64,000 nt of DNA from an uncultured Actinomycetota bacterium (lineage in GTDB: Bacteria; Actinomycetota; Actinomycetes; Actinomycetales; CAWJMD01): assembly GCA_963843835.1 (NCBI GenBank), contig CAWJMD010000008.1:78752-142751 (forward strand), written 5' to 3'. The notes below the pieces were generated by a model, which saw nothing but the letters and a program-made list of their open reading frames with translations, did not search any database and was not told where the DNA came from. The position numbers and the translations under genes are program-made. Positions 18,167 through 31,758 of this stretch are shown piece after piece (position 1 is the stretch's first letter; every line of letters begins with the position of its first letter).

Positions 18167-21100
18167 CAGCGAGCGAAGGCCTGCTCGACCAGGGCCTGCT
18201 GCTCCAGGGCGTGCTTCTTGCTCGACCCGGTCGCCGGCGACGCCGAGGCGCGGCGCGTGACCTTGCGGATCGGGCGGGACACGTGCTCGGTCAGACCGAG
18301 CGCGATGAAGGGCCACGCACCCTGGTTGGCCGGCTCCTCCTGCACCCAGACCAGCTCGGCGTCGCCGAACGGCGCCAGCGCCTCGTCCCAGGCGTCCTGG
18401 TCGACCGGGTAGAGCTGCTCGGCCCGCACGATCGCGGTCCGGGTGTCGCCGACCTTGGCGCGGTGGGCCAGGAGGTCGTAGTAGACCTTGCCGGTGCACA
18501 TCAGCACGCGGTCGACGCCCTTGGCCTCGTCCGGGCTCGCGAACTGCTCGCCGATCACCGCGCGGAAGCCGCCGGTGGTGAAGTCGTCGACGGAGGACGA
18601 CGCGGCCTTCAGCCGGAGCATGGACTTGGGCGTGAACACCACCAGCGGACGTCGCGGCCTGGCGAAGGCCTGGCGGCGCAGCAGGTGGAAGTGCGACGCG
18701 GGCGTCGACGGCATCGCGACCGTCATGTTGTCCTCGGCGCACATCTGCAGGAACCGCTCGATGCGGGCGGACGAGTGGTCGGGGCCCTGACCCTCGTAGC
18801 CGTGCGGCAGCAGGAGCGTCACCGACGAGTTCTGGCCCCACTTCTGCTCGGAGCTGGAGATGAACTCGTCGACGATCGTCTGTGCTCCGTTGCCGAAGTC
18901 GCCGAACTGCGCCTCCCAGAGCACCAGCGCGTCGGGACGCTCGACGGAGTACCCGTACTCGAAGCCCATCGCCGCGTACTCGCTCAGCAGCGAGTCGTAG
19001 ACCCAGAAGCGCGCCTGGTCCTCGGAGAGGTACAGCAGGGGCGTCCACTCCTCGCCGGAGTTCTTGTCGGTGAGGACGGCGTGGCGCTGCACGAACGTCC
19101 CGCGCCGCGAGTCCTGGCCGGCCAACCGGACGGGCACGCCCTCCAGGAGCAGCGACCCGAACGCCAGCAGCTCGCCGTAGCCCCAGTCGATCCCACCCTC
19201 GCGCGACATCTGCGACCGCTTCTCCAGAAGCTGGCGCAGCTTCGGGTGGACGGTGAACGTCGACGGGGGCGAGACGTGGGCGTCGCCGATCCGCTTCATC
19301 ACCTCGAGCGAGACCGCGGTCTCACGCTGCACGGGGTGCTGGCTTGCCAGCGCGTCCTGCTGCTGGGCGACCGGCTGCTCCAGCCCGGCCGGCAGCTCGT
19401 GCAGGTCGCCCGAGTCGTCGCGCGCGCGGTCGTCCCCCTTGGTCGTCTCCCTGGTCTCGGCGAACACGCGCTCGAGCTGCTGCTGGTAGTCCTTCAGCGC
19501 GGCCTCGGCCTCCTCCACCGTGATGTCGCCGCGCCCGATCAGCGACTCCGTGTACAGCTTGCGGACGCTGCGCTTGGCCTCGATGAGCGAGTACATCAGC
19601 GGCTGGGTCATCGACGGGTCGTCGCCCTCGTTGTGGCCGCGACGGCGGTAGCACACGAGGTCGATGACGACGTCCTTGTCGAACTCCTGGCGGAAGTCGA
19701 ACGCCAGCTTGGCCACCCGGGCGCAGGCCTCGGGGTCGTCGCCGTTCACGTGGAAGATCGGCGCCTGGATCATCTTGCCGACGTCGGTGCAGTAGAACGA
19801 GGAGCGGCTCGCTGCCGGGGCGGTGGTGAAGCCGACCTGGTTGTTCACGACCATGTGGACGGTGCCGCCGGTGCGGTAGCCACGCAGCTGCGACAGGTTC
19901 AGGGTCTCGGCGACGACACCCTGACCGGCGAAGGCCGCGTCACCGTGCATCAGGACGGGGAGCACGGGGAAGGACTCGCCGGCGCGGTTGAGGCGGTCCT
20001 GCTTCGCCCGCACGACGCCCTCGAGGACGGGGTTGACCGCCTCGAGGTGGGACGGGTTGGCCGCCAGGTACACCTTCGTCGTCGCGCCGGACTCCGACGT
20101 GAAGGTCCCCTCGGTGCCGAGGTGGTACTTCACGTCGCCGGAACCCTGCACCGACCGCGGGTCCGAGGTGCCCTCGAACTCGCGGAAGATCTGGCCGTAG
20201 CTCTTGCCCGCGATGTTGGCCAGGACGTTCAGGCGGCCACGGTGCGGCATGCCGACGCAGACCTCGTCGAGACCCTCCTCGGCGGCGGCCGACAGCAGCG
20301 CGTCCATCAGCGGGATCGCCGACTCCCCGCCCTCCAGGCTGAAGCGCTTCTGACCGACGAACTTGGTCTGCAGGAACGTCTCGAAGGCCTCGGCGGCGTT
20401 GAGGCGCCGCAGGATGCGCAGCTGGTCCTCACGGCTCGGCTTGAGGTACGGCTTCTCGACGCGGTTCTGGATCCAGGCGCGCTGCTCCGGGTCCTGGATG
20501 TGCATGTACTCGATGCCGGTGGTGCGGCAGTAGGAGTCACGGAGCACACCCAGGATGTGCCGCAGCTTCATCACGGGCTTGCCGCCGAAGCCACCGGTCG
20601 GGAACTCGCGCTCGAGGTCCCAGAGGGTCAGGCCGTGCGTCTGCACGTCGAGGTCCGGGTGACGCCGCTGCCGGTACTCCAGCGGGTCGGTGTCGGCCAT
20701 CAGGTGCCCGCGGACGCGGTAGGCGTGGATCAGCTCGACCACGCGTGCGGTCTTGTTGATCTCGTCGTCCTCGGAGACCGAGATGTCCCGGATCCAGCGG
20801 ACGGGCTCGTAGGGGATCCGCAGCGAGCGGAAGATGCGGTCGTAGAAGCCGTCCTCGCCGAGCAGCTTCGAGTGCACGATGCGCAGGAAGTCACCGGACT
20901 GGGCGCCCTGGATGATGCGGTGGTCGTAGGTCGACGTCAGCGTCATCACCTTGCTGACGGCCAGCCGCGCGAGGGTCTCCTCGCTGGCTCCGGCGTACTC
21001 GGCCGGGTAGTCCATCGCACCGACGCCGATGATCGTCCCCTGGCCCTGCATCAGCCGGGGCACCGAGTGCACGGTGCCGATCGTGCCGGGGTTGGTCAGG

Positions 21101-22053
21101 CTGATCGTGGTGCCCTGGAAGTCCTCGACCGTGAGCTTGCCGGAGCGGGCGCGGCGGATGACGTCCTCGTACGCCGCCCAGAACTGGGCGAAGTCCATCC
21201 GGTCGGCGTTCTTGACCGAGGGGACGAGCAGCTGGCGGGTGCCGTCGTCCTTCGGCAGGTCGATGGCGATGCCGAGGTTGACCGCGTGGTTCTTGACCAG
21301 GGCGGGCTTGCCCTCGGCCTCGGTGTAGCCGTTGTTCATCTCCGGCATGTGCGCCAGCGCCTCGACGACGGCGAAGCCGATGAGGTGCGTGAAGGACACC
21401 TTGCCGCCGCGAGCGCGGGCCAGGTTGGAGTTGATGACGATGCGGTTGTCGACCAGCAGCTTGGCCGGGATCGCCCGCACGCTCGTGGCGGTGGGCACGC
21501 CGAGGCTCGACTCCATGTTGGTGACGACGCGGGCGGCGGCGCCCTTGATCCGTACCTGCTCCGGCTCGGTGGACCTCTCCTGCGGCGCCTGGCGCTCACT
21601 CGCGGGGGCCAGCTTGCGGGGGGTGGGGGACCCGGTCGCGGTGGTGCTGGTCCCGCCGACGGCAACCGGTGGCGTGCCGGTCTTCTCGGGGGTCCGGGTG
21701 GCGGCCGTGGTGGGCGCCGACGGCGCTGGCACGGTCGACTTCTTGTCGGCGGGGGTCTCCTCGCGGTTGCCGGCGGACGACGCCGCGGACTTCTCGCGGG
21801 AGGGGCTGGGGGCCGGTGGTGCGTGCGCGGCCGTCTCCTGCCCGACGGCCCCGTGGTCCACGGCCTCCTTGCGGGCGACGCGCTTGTCGTCCTCGGGGGT
21901 GAAGTCGGCGAAGAACTCCCACCAGGCGGGGTCGACCGACTCCTTGTCCTCCTGGTACTGCTGGTAGAGCTCGTCGACGAGCCACTCGTTCGGACCGAAC
22001 CCCGCAGCCGGTCCGGATCCGCCGGGCTGCTGAGGGGACTGTGACACTGACAC
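18166..22053 (-). CDS. kgd: Multifunctional 2-oxoglutarate decarboxylase/dehydrogenase (E2-E1 fusion)
   Basis: [13 protein letters not shown]-terminus; E2-like [14 protein letters not shown]; [10 protein letters not shown]; [11 protein letters not shown]; [20 protein letters not shown]. Confidence 0.98.
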   Translation of the reverse strand: MSVSQSPQQPGGSGPAAGFGPNEWLVDELYQQYQEDKESVDPAWWEFFADFTPEDDKRVARKEAVDHGAVGQETAAHAPPAPSPSREKSAASSAGNREETPADKKSTVPAPSAPTTAATRTPEKTGTPPVAVGGTSTTATGSPTPRKLAPASERQAPQERSTEPEQVRIKGAAARVVTNMESSLGVPTATSVRAIPAKLLVDNRIVINSNLARARGGKVSFTHLIGFAVVEALAHMPEMNNGYTEAEGKPALVKNHAVNLGIAIDLPKDDGTRQLLVPSVKNADRMDFAQFWAAYEDVIRRARSGKLTVEDFQGTTISLTNPGTIGTVHSVPRLMQGQGTIIGVGAMDYPAEYAGASEETLARLAVSKVMTLTSTYDHRIIQGAQSGDFLRIVHSKLLGEDGFYDRIFRSLRIPYEPVRWIRDISVSEDDEINKTARVVELIHAYRVRGHLMADTDPLEYRQRRHPDLDVQTHGLTLWDLEREFPTGGFGGKPVMKLRHILGVLRDSYCRTTGIEYMHIQDPEQRAWIQNRVEKPYLKPSREDQLRILRRLNAAEAFETFLQTKFVGQKRFSLEGGESAIPLMDALLSAAAEEGLDEVCVGMPHRGRLNVLANIAGKSYGQIFREFEGTSDPRSVQGSGDVKYHLGTEGTFTSESGATTKVYLAANPSHLEAVNPVLEGVVRAKQDRLNRAGESFPVLPVLMHGDAAFAGQGVVAETLNLSQLRGYRTGGTVHMVVNNQVGFTTAPAASRSSFYCTDVGKMIQAPIFHVNGDDPEACARVAKLAFDFRQEFDKDVVIDLVCYRRRGHNEGDDPSMTQPLMYSLIEAKRSVRKLYTESLIGRGDITVEEAEAALKDYQQQLERVFAETRETTKGDDRARDDSGDLHELPAGLEQPVAQQQDALASQHPVQRETAVSLEVMKRIGDAHVSPPSTFTVHPKLRQLLEKRSQMSREGGIDWGYGELLAFGSLLLEGVPVRLAGQDSRRGTFVQRHAVLTDKNSGEEWTPLLYLSEDQARFWVYDSLLSEYAAMGFEYGYSVERPDALVLWEAQFGDFGNGAQTIVDEFISSSEQKWGQNSSVTLLLPHGYEGQGPDHSSARIERFLQMCAEDNMTVAMPSTPASHFHLLRRQAFARPRRPLVVFTPKSMLRLKAASSSVDDFTTGGFRAVIGEQFASPDEAKGVDRVLMCTGKVYYDLLAHRAKVGDTRTAIVRAEQLYPVDQDAWDEALAPFGDAELVWVQEEPANQGAWPFIALGLTEHVSRPIRKVTRRASASPATGSSKKHALEQQALVEQAFAR

Positions 22054-22233
22054 GGCGAAAACCGCCCACTTCCGCGTTCGAAGGCCGCACCTGCGAGAGC
22101 CGGACCGGGGTTGGCTCGACCCGGGCCGTGGGCGGCGTGTTCGAGCCGTCCTCGACCCGGGTCAAACCCTAGTCCCTGCGGCCCGCGGATGAGAGCCGGG
22201 TGGTTCCTCCAGGGGACCGCGTCACCGCCGCCT

Positions 22234-23034
22234 TCAGGTCACGTCCCGTCGCAGCGTCAGGGCCGCTCCGACGCCCGCCGAGACGAGCGCGTACCCGAGG
22301 AGCACGACCAGCCCGAGCCACCACGGGAGGATCTCGAACGTCGTCCCGTCGGGCTGCTGGGTCGACGGGTTGAGCATGGCGCTCGTCGCGTTGCTCGGGA
22401 ACCACTTGAGGAGGTCCGGGCCCCACGAGACGAACGACAGCGCGATCGTCGCCACGAACTCCACGAAGACGAACCCGACGCCGACCAGGATGGCGACGAT
22501 CTGGTTGCCGATCAGGGTGCCCAGCCCGATGCCGAGCAGCCCCCAGAGCACGAAGCCGAGCAGGGCGAGGGCAAGCGACCGCGGCAGACCTGCCGCGTCC
22601 AGGTTCGTGTCGAGACCGCGCGCCGAGAGGATCAGGTAGGTGACCGCGATCCCGAGGCCCAGGGCGACCACGCCGTAGAGCACGGAGTAGACGCCGCAGG
22701 AGACCCACTTCGCCACCACCACGCGGGGTCGTCGCGGGGTGGCCAGGAACGTCGGAGTGACCGTCAGGTGCCGGTACTCGCCGCTGATGATGAGGATGCC
22801 CAGGACCAGCGTGAAGACGTAGCCGAACGAGGAGAGGGCGGAGGTGTAGAGCGACCGGGCCACCCCGTCGACCTCCGGACCGGGAGCCTGCTGGCCCGGG
22901 GAGAACTCGAGCCCGGCGGTGAAGGCCCCGGGGAGCGACCAGAGCATCGCCCAGACGGCGAGGCCGATGAGCATCCCCCACCAGGACCGCGTCGTGCGGA
23001 CCTTCAGCATCTCCGTCGCGACGAGGGCGCTCAT
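22234..23034 (-). CDS. ABC-2 type transporter permease
   Basis: EMLKVRTTRSWW start, SGEYRHLTVTPTFLATPRR, 6 TM helices, ending RRDVT. Confidence 0.88.
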   Translation of the reverse strand: MSALVATEMLKVRTTRSWWGMLIGLAVWAMLWSLPGAFTAGLEFSPGQQAPGPEVDGVARSLYTSALSSFGYVFTLVLGILIISGEYRHLTVTPTFLATPRRPRVVVAKWVSCGVYSVLYGVVALGLGIAVTYLILSARGLDTNLDAAGLPRSLALALLGFVLWGLLGIGLGTLIGNQIVAILVGVGFVFVEFVATIALSFVSWGPDLLKWFPSNATSAMLNPSTQQPDGTTFEILPWWLGLVVLLGYALVSAGVGAALTLRRDVT

Positions 23035-24072
23035 CGGATCACCTCCGAGGTCGGGGAGCCGGTATCCGTGATCCCGGCGCCGTGGTGCCCCGGCGGCGGT
23101 ACCTGGCCCTGGCTCGCGCCCGGTGCCTTGCCCGTGTAGTCGCTGGACACCAGTGAGAAGAACATCGACTCCAGGTCGGAGCCGACGCGGGTGAGCTCGT
23201 GCAGCTCGACGCCCGCCGTGAACGCCGCGTGACCGACCTCTGCTGCGGTCCGCTCGTGCACGAGGAGTGCTCCGTCGCCGCCGGACTCGGCGTCCCATCC
23301 CTGGTGCTCGGCGAGCCGGAGCAAGGTCGAGGGGTCGGCGGCCAGCACGCGGATCCCCGCCCTGGCCTCCGCCTCCAGCTCGGCGAGCGTCGACTGCCTC
23401 ACCGCGCGGCCCTGGCTGATGATCACGACGTCGTCGACCGTCTGCTGGACCTCCGACAGCATGTGGCTCGAGACCAGGATCGTGCGGCCCTCGTCCGCCA
23501 TCGCGCGCAGGAAGCCGCGAAGCCAGCGGATCCCCTCGGGGTCGAGGCCGTTCGCGGGCTCGTCGAGGATCAGCACGCCGGGGTCGCCCACGAGGGCGGC
23601 CGCCAGGCCGAGGCGCTGGCGCATGCCCATCGAGAAGCCCCCGACCCGTCTCCGGGCGGCGGGGCTGCAGCCCTACCAGCTCCAGGAGCTGGTCGGCGCG
23701 GTGGCCGTCGGCCCCGCACGTGCGTCCCAGCACGCGCAGGTGGTCGCGCGCCGTGCGGCCGGGGTGGAAGCTGCTGGCCTCGAGCGCAGCGCCGACGGTG
23801 CGCTGCGGTGCGTCGAGGTCGGCGTAGGGACGGCCGCCGATCGTGGCCGTGCCCGCCGTCGGGGAGACCAGACCCAGCAGCATGCGCAGAGTGGTCGTCT
23901 TGCCCGCACCGTTCGGGCCGAGGAAGCCGGTGATCCGGCCCGGCTCGACGGTGAACGTCAGGTCATGGACGGCGGTCACGTCACCGAACCTCTTGGTGAG
24001 GCCCCTCACCTCGACCCGTCCCGCCGACGACGGACCGCCGCCGCCGGCCCTGGTCGGAGCGGTTGTGCTCAT
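23031..24072 (-). CDS. ABC transporter ATP-binding protein (apparent +1 frameshift near 23661-23664)
   Basis: Walker A GPNGAGKTT in one frame; signature and Walker B (FSMGMRQRLGLAAALVGDPGVLILDEPANGLD) in another. Removing one G from the run joins them. Confidence 0.88.
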
Positions 24073-24199
24073 CGGATACCCCCAGCTCGTGGTGGGATGC
24101 CTCGCTCGGCACCCGGCCCGCGGGTGGTCCGCGGGCCGACGCCCCATCCTGTCGGGCGGGCAACGCCCGCGTCGTCAGACCCCCGTCGGGCCCGCGTGC

Positions 24200-25302
24200 T
24201 CATCCTTGCGAGGGACGTCGCCTCAGCCACGGGGCGGCTGCCACCGGCTCGGTCGATGCGCCGGGCAGCTCCACCCGGATCACCGCCCCGGTCTCGGAGT
24301 CGCCCACCTCGATGGTGCCTCCGTGCAGGCCGACCGCCCACCGGGCGATGGCGAGGCCGAGACCCGTGCCGCCCGTGGGCGAGGTGTCCCGGCCGGTGCC
24401 GGCGCCGCGGTGGAAGCGCTCGAACACCCGCTCGCGGTCCTCCGCCGCGATCCCCGGCCCCTCGTCGGCGACCTCGAGCACGACGGTGTCCTCGCCGCGG
24501 CCGTCCCGTGTCTCGTGGGCGGTCACCCGCACCGTGCCGCCGCGGGGGCTGTGCCGCGCGGCGTTGTCGAGCAGGTTGGCGATCACCTGGTGCAGGCGGC
24601 CGGGGTCGGCGACCAGCGCCAGGTCCTCCGGCTGCACGTCGAGCTCCCATCGCACCTCGCGGTCGACGGCCGCGTCGATCATCCGGGCCGCCGCGACGGC
24701 CTCACCGAGGAAGGGACCGACGGGAAGGTGCGTGGCGTCGAAGGGCACCGCGCCGGCCTCGAGCCGGCTCAGGTCGAGCAGCTGGGTGACCAGCAGGCCC
24801 AGTCGCTCGGTCTGCCCCAGGGCGATCCGCAGCGTCGCCGGGTCGGTCGGGGTGACGCCGTCGACGATGTTCTCGAGCTGGGCTCGCAGCGCGGTCACCG
24901 GCGTGCGCAGCTCGTGGCTCACGTTCGCCACGAGCTCCCGCCGCTGCCGGTCGACCGACGACAGGTCGTCGGCCATCCGGTTGAAGGCGTTCGCGAGCTC
25001 GCCCACCTCGTCGTGGCTGGTGGCCCGCACCCTCCGGGAGTAGTCGCCGGTCGCCATCGCCCGCGCGGCGGCCGTCATCTCGCGCAGGGGCGACGTCATG
25101 CCGCGTGCCAGCAGCTGGGTGACCACCAGCGACAGGACGATCGCGGTCGGCAGCGTGAAGCGGGTGCCGACCCCGGTCTGCAGGCCGGCCCAGACCAGGA
25201 GCGCCGCCACGGTGACGCTGGCCCCGACGAGGAGGCCGAGCTTGACCTTGAGGGAACGGATGGGGTCGAGCGGCCGGAGGTCGGGTAGCTGGCGCCGGTG
25301 CC

Positions 25303-25306
<4 letters not shown>
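24200..25306 (-). CDS. Two-component sensor histidine kinase (HAMP-HisKA-HATPase)
   Basis: VSHELRTP H-box, NLLDNA N-box, DEGPGI, GTGLGLAI. Confidence 0.95.
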
Positions 25307-27597
<2,291 letters not shown>

Positions 27598-27729
27598 CCA
27601 GGGGCGAGACCTCGAGGCCCCCCACCGGCTGCCGTACGATGCCAGAGCGATGAGAAGAAGCAGACCCTCACCAGCCGATCCCCTCCCGTCACGAACCAGG
27701 CACCGCACGTCCCCAGGAGGGGATGAGCG

Positions 27730-29088
27730 GTGCTGACCGAGTGGCTCCTGCTGGGAGCCGGCGCGCTCCTCACGGCCGCGACCGGTGTCTTCGTCGCCGC
27801 CGAGTTCTCGCTGATCACCCTGGACCGACCCGAGGTCGAGCGGGAGGCCGCCGCCGGAAGTCGTTCCGCGGCACGGGTGCTGGTCGGGCTGCGGACCCTG
27901 TCGACGCAGCTGTCGGGCGCCCAGGTGGGGATCACGCTGACCACGCTGCTCGTCGGCTTCCTCGTCGAGCCGTCACTGGCCCGGCTGCTGGAGACGCCGC
28001 TGACCGAGGTCGGGCTGCCGGACGCGACGATCTCACCCGTCTCGGTCGGGCTGGGCATGTTCATCGCGACGGTGGGGTCGATGCTGCTGGGCGAGCTCGT
28101 CCCCAAGAACCTGGCCCTGTCGCTGCCGATGGCCACCGCGCGGTGGGCCGTCCCGGCCCAGCGGGCCTTCACCTGGGTGACCAGCCCCCTGATCTACGTC
28201 CTCAACGGCAGCGCCAACCGCATCCTCGTGTCGATGGGGATCGAGCCGCAGGAGGAGCTGTCCAGCGGACGCTCGCCCCAGGAGCTGGTCTTCCTCGTCC
28301 GGCGGTCGGCGGAGGCCGGCACCCTCGACGAGGGCACCGCGACGCTGCTCACCCGCACGCTGGGCTTCAGCCAGCGGACGGCGGCCGACGTGATGACCGA
28401 CCGCACCCGCATGCAGTCGGTCCGCAAGGAGGACAGCGCGGCGCAGGTCATCGCCCTGGCCCGCACGACGGGCATGTCGCGTTTCCCCGTCACCGACGAC
28501 TCGCCGGACGACGTGGTCGGCGTCGTCCACGTCAAGCGCGCCGTGGCCGTCCCCCGCGAGAAGCGGGGCGACGTGCCGGCCGCCGCGCTGATGAACGACG
28601 CCCTCCGGGTGCCGGAGACCGTCCGTCTCGACCCGCTGCTCACCGAGCTGCGCAGCCACGGCCTCCAGCTCGCGGTGGTCACCGACGAGTACGGAGGCAC
28701 GGCCGGCGTCGTGACGCTCGAGGACGTGGTCGAGGAGCTGGTCGGCGAGGTGGCCGACGAGCACGACCCCGACTGGGCGGGTGTCCAGCGCACGCGCGAC
28801 GGATCCTTCCTGCTCCCGGGCTACATGCGTCCCGACGAGGTGCGCGACCGCCTCGCGGTGGAGGTCCCCGACGACCACTCCTACGAGACGGTGGCGGGCT
28901 TCGTCGTCTCCCGGCTGGGCCGGCTCGCCGAGGTCGGTGACGAGGTGCAGCTCGAGGAGGGACGGCTCCGGGTGGAGCGACTGGCCGGACGGCGGATCGA
29001 GGGGATCCGCTTCACGCCGGCCGGCACCTCCGCGGTGGGGGACGCCTCCGCCCCCGACCGGGCACCCGCCGGAAGGAAGTCGCGATGA
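27730..29088 (+). CDS. Hemolysin/CorC-family CNNM-CBS-CorC protein (Mg2+/Co2+ transport-related)
   Basis: FVAAEFSL, LSGAQVGIT, GELVPKN, SRFPV, VTDEYGGTAGVVTLEDVVEELVGE. Confidence 0.92.
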   Translation: MLTEWLLLGAGALLTAATGVFVAAEFSLITLDRPEVEREAAAGSRSAARVLVGLRTLSTQLSGAQVGITLTTLLVGFLVEPSLARLLETPLTEVGLPDATISPVSVGLGMFIATVGSMLLGELVPKNLALSLPMATARWAVPAQRAFTWVTSPLIYVLNGSANRILVSMGIEPQEELSSGRSPQELVFLVRRSAEAGTLDEGTATLLTRTLGFSQRTAADVMTDRTRMQSVRKEDSAAQVIALARTTGMSRFPVTDDSPDDVVGVVHVKRAVAVPREKRGDVPAAALMNDALRVPETVRLDPLLTELRSHGLQLAVVTDEYGGTAGVVTLEDVVEELVGEVADEHDPDWAGVQRTRDGSFLLPGYMRPDEVRDRLAVEVPDDHSYETVAGFVVSRLGRLAEVGDEVQLEEGRLRVERLAGRRIEGIRFTPAGTSAVGDASAPDRAPAGRKSR

Positions 29089-30137
29089 CCACGTCCACCG
29101 CGCTCCTCGTCGGCCTCCTCCTGCTGCTGGGCAACGCGTTCTTCGTCGGGGCCGAGTTCGCCGTGATGTCGGCGCGGCGCTCGCAGATCGAGCCACGTGC
29201 CCACGAGGGACAGCGCGGGGCGAAGACGGCCCTGGCGGCCATGGAGAACGTGTCGCTGATGCTGGCGTGCTGCCAGCTCGGCATCACCGTCTGCTCGCTC
29301 GGCCTCGGTGCGATCGCCGAGCCCGCGCTCGCCCACCTGCTGGAGGTGCCGTTCAAGGCCGTCGGCCTGCCCGAGGGGCTCCTCCACCCCGTCGCCTTCG
29401 CGCTCGCGCTGGCGATCGTGGTCTACCTGCACGTCGTCATCGGCGAGATGGTCCCCAAGAACATCGCGATCGCGGTGCCGGAGCGCTCGGCGCTCCTGCT
29501 CGCCACCCCGCTGGTCTGGGTGGCGCGGGCCGTCAAGCCGGTCATCACGGTGCTCAACGCGGCGGCGAACCGCACGCTGCGGCTCTTCGGCGTCGAGCCC
29601 AAGGACGAGGTCACCTCGACGTTCACCGTGGAGCAGGTGCAGTCGATCGTCCACGAGTCGCGGCGCGAGGGGCTGATCGAGCACGGAGGCGTGCTGGTCG
29701 GTGCCCTCGAGTTCAGCGATCGCAAGGCGTCGGACGTGATGGTGGCGGCTGAGAGCCTCGTCACAGTCCCGGAACGCTGCACCCCGGCGCAGCTCGAGAA
29801 GCGGGTCGTGCAGACGGGCTTCAGCCGGTTCCCGGTGCTGGGCCCGAACGGTGGCCTCAGCGGGTACCTGCACCTCAAGGACGTGCTCTACGAGGAGGAC
29901 GAGCGGTACGACGAACCCGTTCCGCCGGAGACGATCCGGCCGTTCGAGGTGGTGCGCGCCGACGACGACGTCGAGGACGTGCTCGGTGCGATGCAGCGCA
30001 GCGGCCTGCACCTGGGTCACGTACTCGGTGCGGACGGGACGACCGTGGGCGTCGTCTTCCTCGAGGACGTGCTGGAGGAGCTCGTCGGGGAGATCCGGGA
30101 TCTCAACCGCCGCGCCAACTTGCCCTCGACCCCCTGA
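29085..30137 (+). CDS. Second hemolysin/CorC-family CNNM-CBS protein
   Basis: GNAFFVGAEFA, CQLGITVCSL, GEMVPKN, FSRFPV, LEDVLEELVGE; ATGA overlap with the first. Confidence 0.92.
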   Translation: MTTSTALLVGLLLLLGNAFFVGAEFAVMSARRSQIEPRAHEGQRGAKTALAAMENVSLMLACCQLGITVCSLGLGAIAEPALAHLLEVPFKAVGLPEGLLHPVAFALALAIVVYLHVVIGEMVPKNIAIAVPERSALLLATPLVWVARAVKPVITVLNAAANRTLRLFGVEPKDEVTSTFTVEQVQSIVHESRREGLIEHGGVLVGALEFSDRKASDVMVAAESLVTVPERCTPAQLEKRVVQTGFSRFPVLGPNGGLSGYLHLKDVLYEEDERYDEPVPPETIRPFEVVRADDDVEDVLGAMQRSGLHLGHVLGADGTTVGVVFLEDVLEELVGEIRDLNRRANLPSTP

Positions 30138-30310
30138 CCCCCGTTATAGTCCCGTGATCTCGCCCACCACGTCGTGGGTGAGCCATGCGTCCGCCCCTGG
30201 AACGACGGGTTAGAGCGGGTGCACAGCCTGGTGGAACTGTCGTCCAGTCGCGCGCGGAGGTTTGTTACGTGGGTCAGCATCGTGCTGCCGGTCCGGTCCT
30301 GGACCACACG

Positions 30311-31585
30311 GTGATCGAGGTGACCCCGGACGCGGGAGCGTCGGACACGCGCAGCGCGTCGCCCGACCAGCCCGTCCTCAGCCCACGGCGCGCCTACCGC
30401 GCCGCCCTGGCCGCTCAGGCGGCGGCCGAGGCCCGGGAGGGACGGGCCGACCTGCGAGCCCGCGCCGCGCGTGAGGCGCTCGCGGCGACCGGGTCGATGA
30501 CCACCGTGATCCCGCCCGTCGCCGCACAGACCCGCACCCTTCCCGCGACCGTCGCGCCGAGCGTGATCGACGTCCGCGACGTGCCGGCGGCCCCCGCGGC
30601 GCCCGTGCTCCCCGAGCCCGTGCTCGAGCCGCGGATCGTCCCGGCGCTCGAGCCGGAGATCGCGGCTGCGCTCGAGTCGCCGACCGAGGCCGCACAGGCC
30701 CCGCCCGCGCCGCCTGCGGCGGTCGCCGACCTCCCTCTGACGCGTCGCGAGCTGCGCGCCCGGGCGGCGCGCAAGGCCCCCCGCCCGACCCTGGTGACGC
30801 ACCTGCCGCGGGTGGGCATCGTGGCCGCCCTCGGCGTGGCGACCATCGTCACCCCGGTCGTCGGCCTCGGCGCCGTCGACGCCTCCCGCACGGCCGACGC
30901 CAGCGCCGCGGTCTCGGGTGCCACCGACAACCAGCCGTCGCGTGCCGCGCAGGTGCTGGCCTCCGCCCCGACGGTGTCCTCCGACTTCTCCGTGATCCCG
31001 GTCAAGGAGCCCGTCCCCGTGGTGGACCCCCCGGCCAGCATGGTGTCCACGGTCGGCCAGGTGCTGTCCGAGGCCGAGCTGGCCGCGATGCGTACGCAGG
31101 CGGAGGAGGCCAGCCGTGCGCAGGAGCGCGCGGCGCTGCCGGGGTGCAACGGCAAGGTCACCGACCCCGGCGCGGCCAACGGCCGTCTGGACCGGGACGA
31201 CCTCTGCGAGATCTGGGTCGACGGTCGCCTGCTGCGGGCCGACGCCGCCCTGGCCCTCGCCCGGTTGAACGCCGAGTTCGCCACGAAGTTCGGCGACGAC
31301 CTCTGCGTCACCGACGCCTACCGCTCGTACAGCGAGCAGGTGAGCGTCCGCTGGCGCAAGCCGGGACTCGCGGCCCGTCCTGGGACCAGCCAGCACGGGT
31401 GGGGCCTGGCCGTCGACCTGTGCGACGGAGAGGCCGGGAGCGGCACCGCGCGGCACGAGTGGATGCGCGAGAACGCACCGGACTTCGGCTGGGACAACCC
31501 CGACTGGGCACGCAAGGGCGGCAGCGGTCCGTACGAGCCGTGGCACTGGGAGTACGTGGCCGGAGAGGCCGCGGACGGCTCCTGA
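30311..31585 (+). CDS. M15-family (VanY-like) D-Ala-D-Ala carboxypeptidase with long N-terminal Pro/Ala-rich region and TM anchor
   Basis: DAYRSYSEQ, SQHGWGLAVD (SxHxxGxAxD) and EPWHWEY zinc motifs. Start uncertain (30185 or 30311). Confidence 0.85.
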   Translation: MIEVTPDAGASDTRSASPDQPVLSPRRAYRAALAAQAAAEAREGRADLRARAAREALAATGSMTTVIPPVAAQTRTLPATVAPSVIDVRDVPAAPAAPVLPEPVLEPRIVPALEPEIAAALESPTEAAQAPPAPPAAVADLPLTRRELRARAARKAPRPTLVTHLPRVGIVAALGVATIVTPVVGLGAVDASRTADASAAVSGATDNQPSRAAQVLASAPTVSSDFSVIPVKEPVPVVDPPASMVSTVGQVLSEAELAAMRTQAEEASRAQERAALPGCNGKVTDPGAANGRLDRDDLCEIWVDGRLLRADAALALARLNAEFATKFGDDLCVTDAYRSYSEQVSVRWRKPGLAARPGTSQHGWGLAVDLCDGEAGSGTARHEWMRENAPDFGWDNPDWARKGGSGPYEPWHWEYVAGEAADGS

Positions 31586-31623
31586 CGGACTGCTAGGCTC
31601 GCGGCGCCGCGCAAGCGGTGAGA

Positions 31624-31695
31624 GCCCCCGTAGCTCAGGGGATAGAGCACCGCCCTCCGGAGGCGGGAGCGCAGGTTCGAATCCTGCCGGGGGCA
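31624..31695 (+). tRNA. tRNA-Arg(CCG)
   Basis: GCCCCCG/CGGGGGC acceptor stem, TAGCTCAG D-arm, anticodon loop CT-CCG-GA, GGTTCGAATCC T-arm. Confidence 0.97.
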
Positions 31696-31758
31696 CGTCA
31701 GGACACGGACGACGGCGTCAGGCCATGCGGCCCGGCGCCGTTCGCGTACGTTGACCGG

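Noticed and set aside
18211-22044. 1277-aa + strand ORF and the many other long overlapping ORFs (e.g. 42019-44271, 6792-8609)
   Set aside because: Stop-poor antisense or alternate frames are expected at this GC content; none shows recognisable motifs.
22234-24147. 637-aa ATPase-permease fusion in the ORF track
   Set aside because: The middle is nonsense sequence while the ABC signature and Walker B lie in another frame; a single indel near 23662 explains it.
30311-31585. Glycopeptide resistance locus
   Set aside because: A VanY-like domain alone; no vanHAX or vanRS adjacent.
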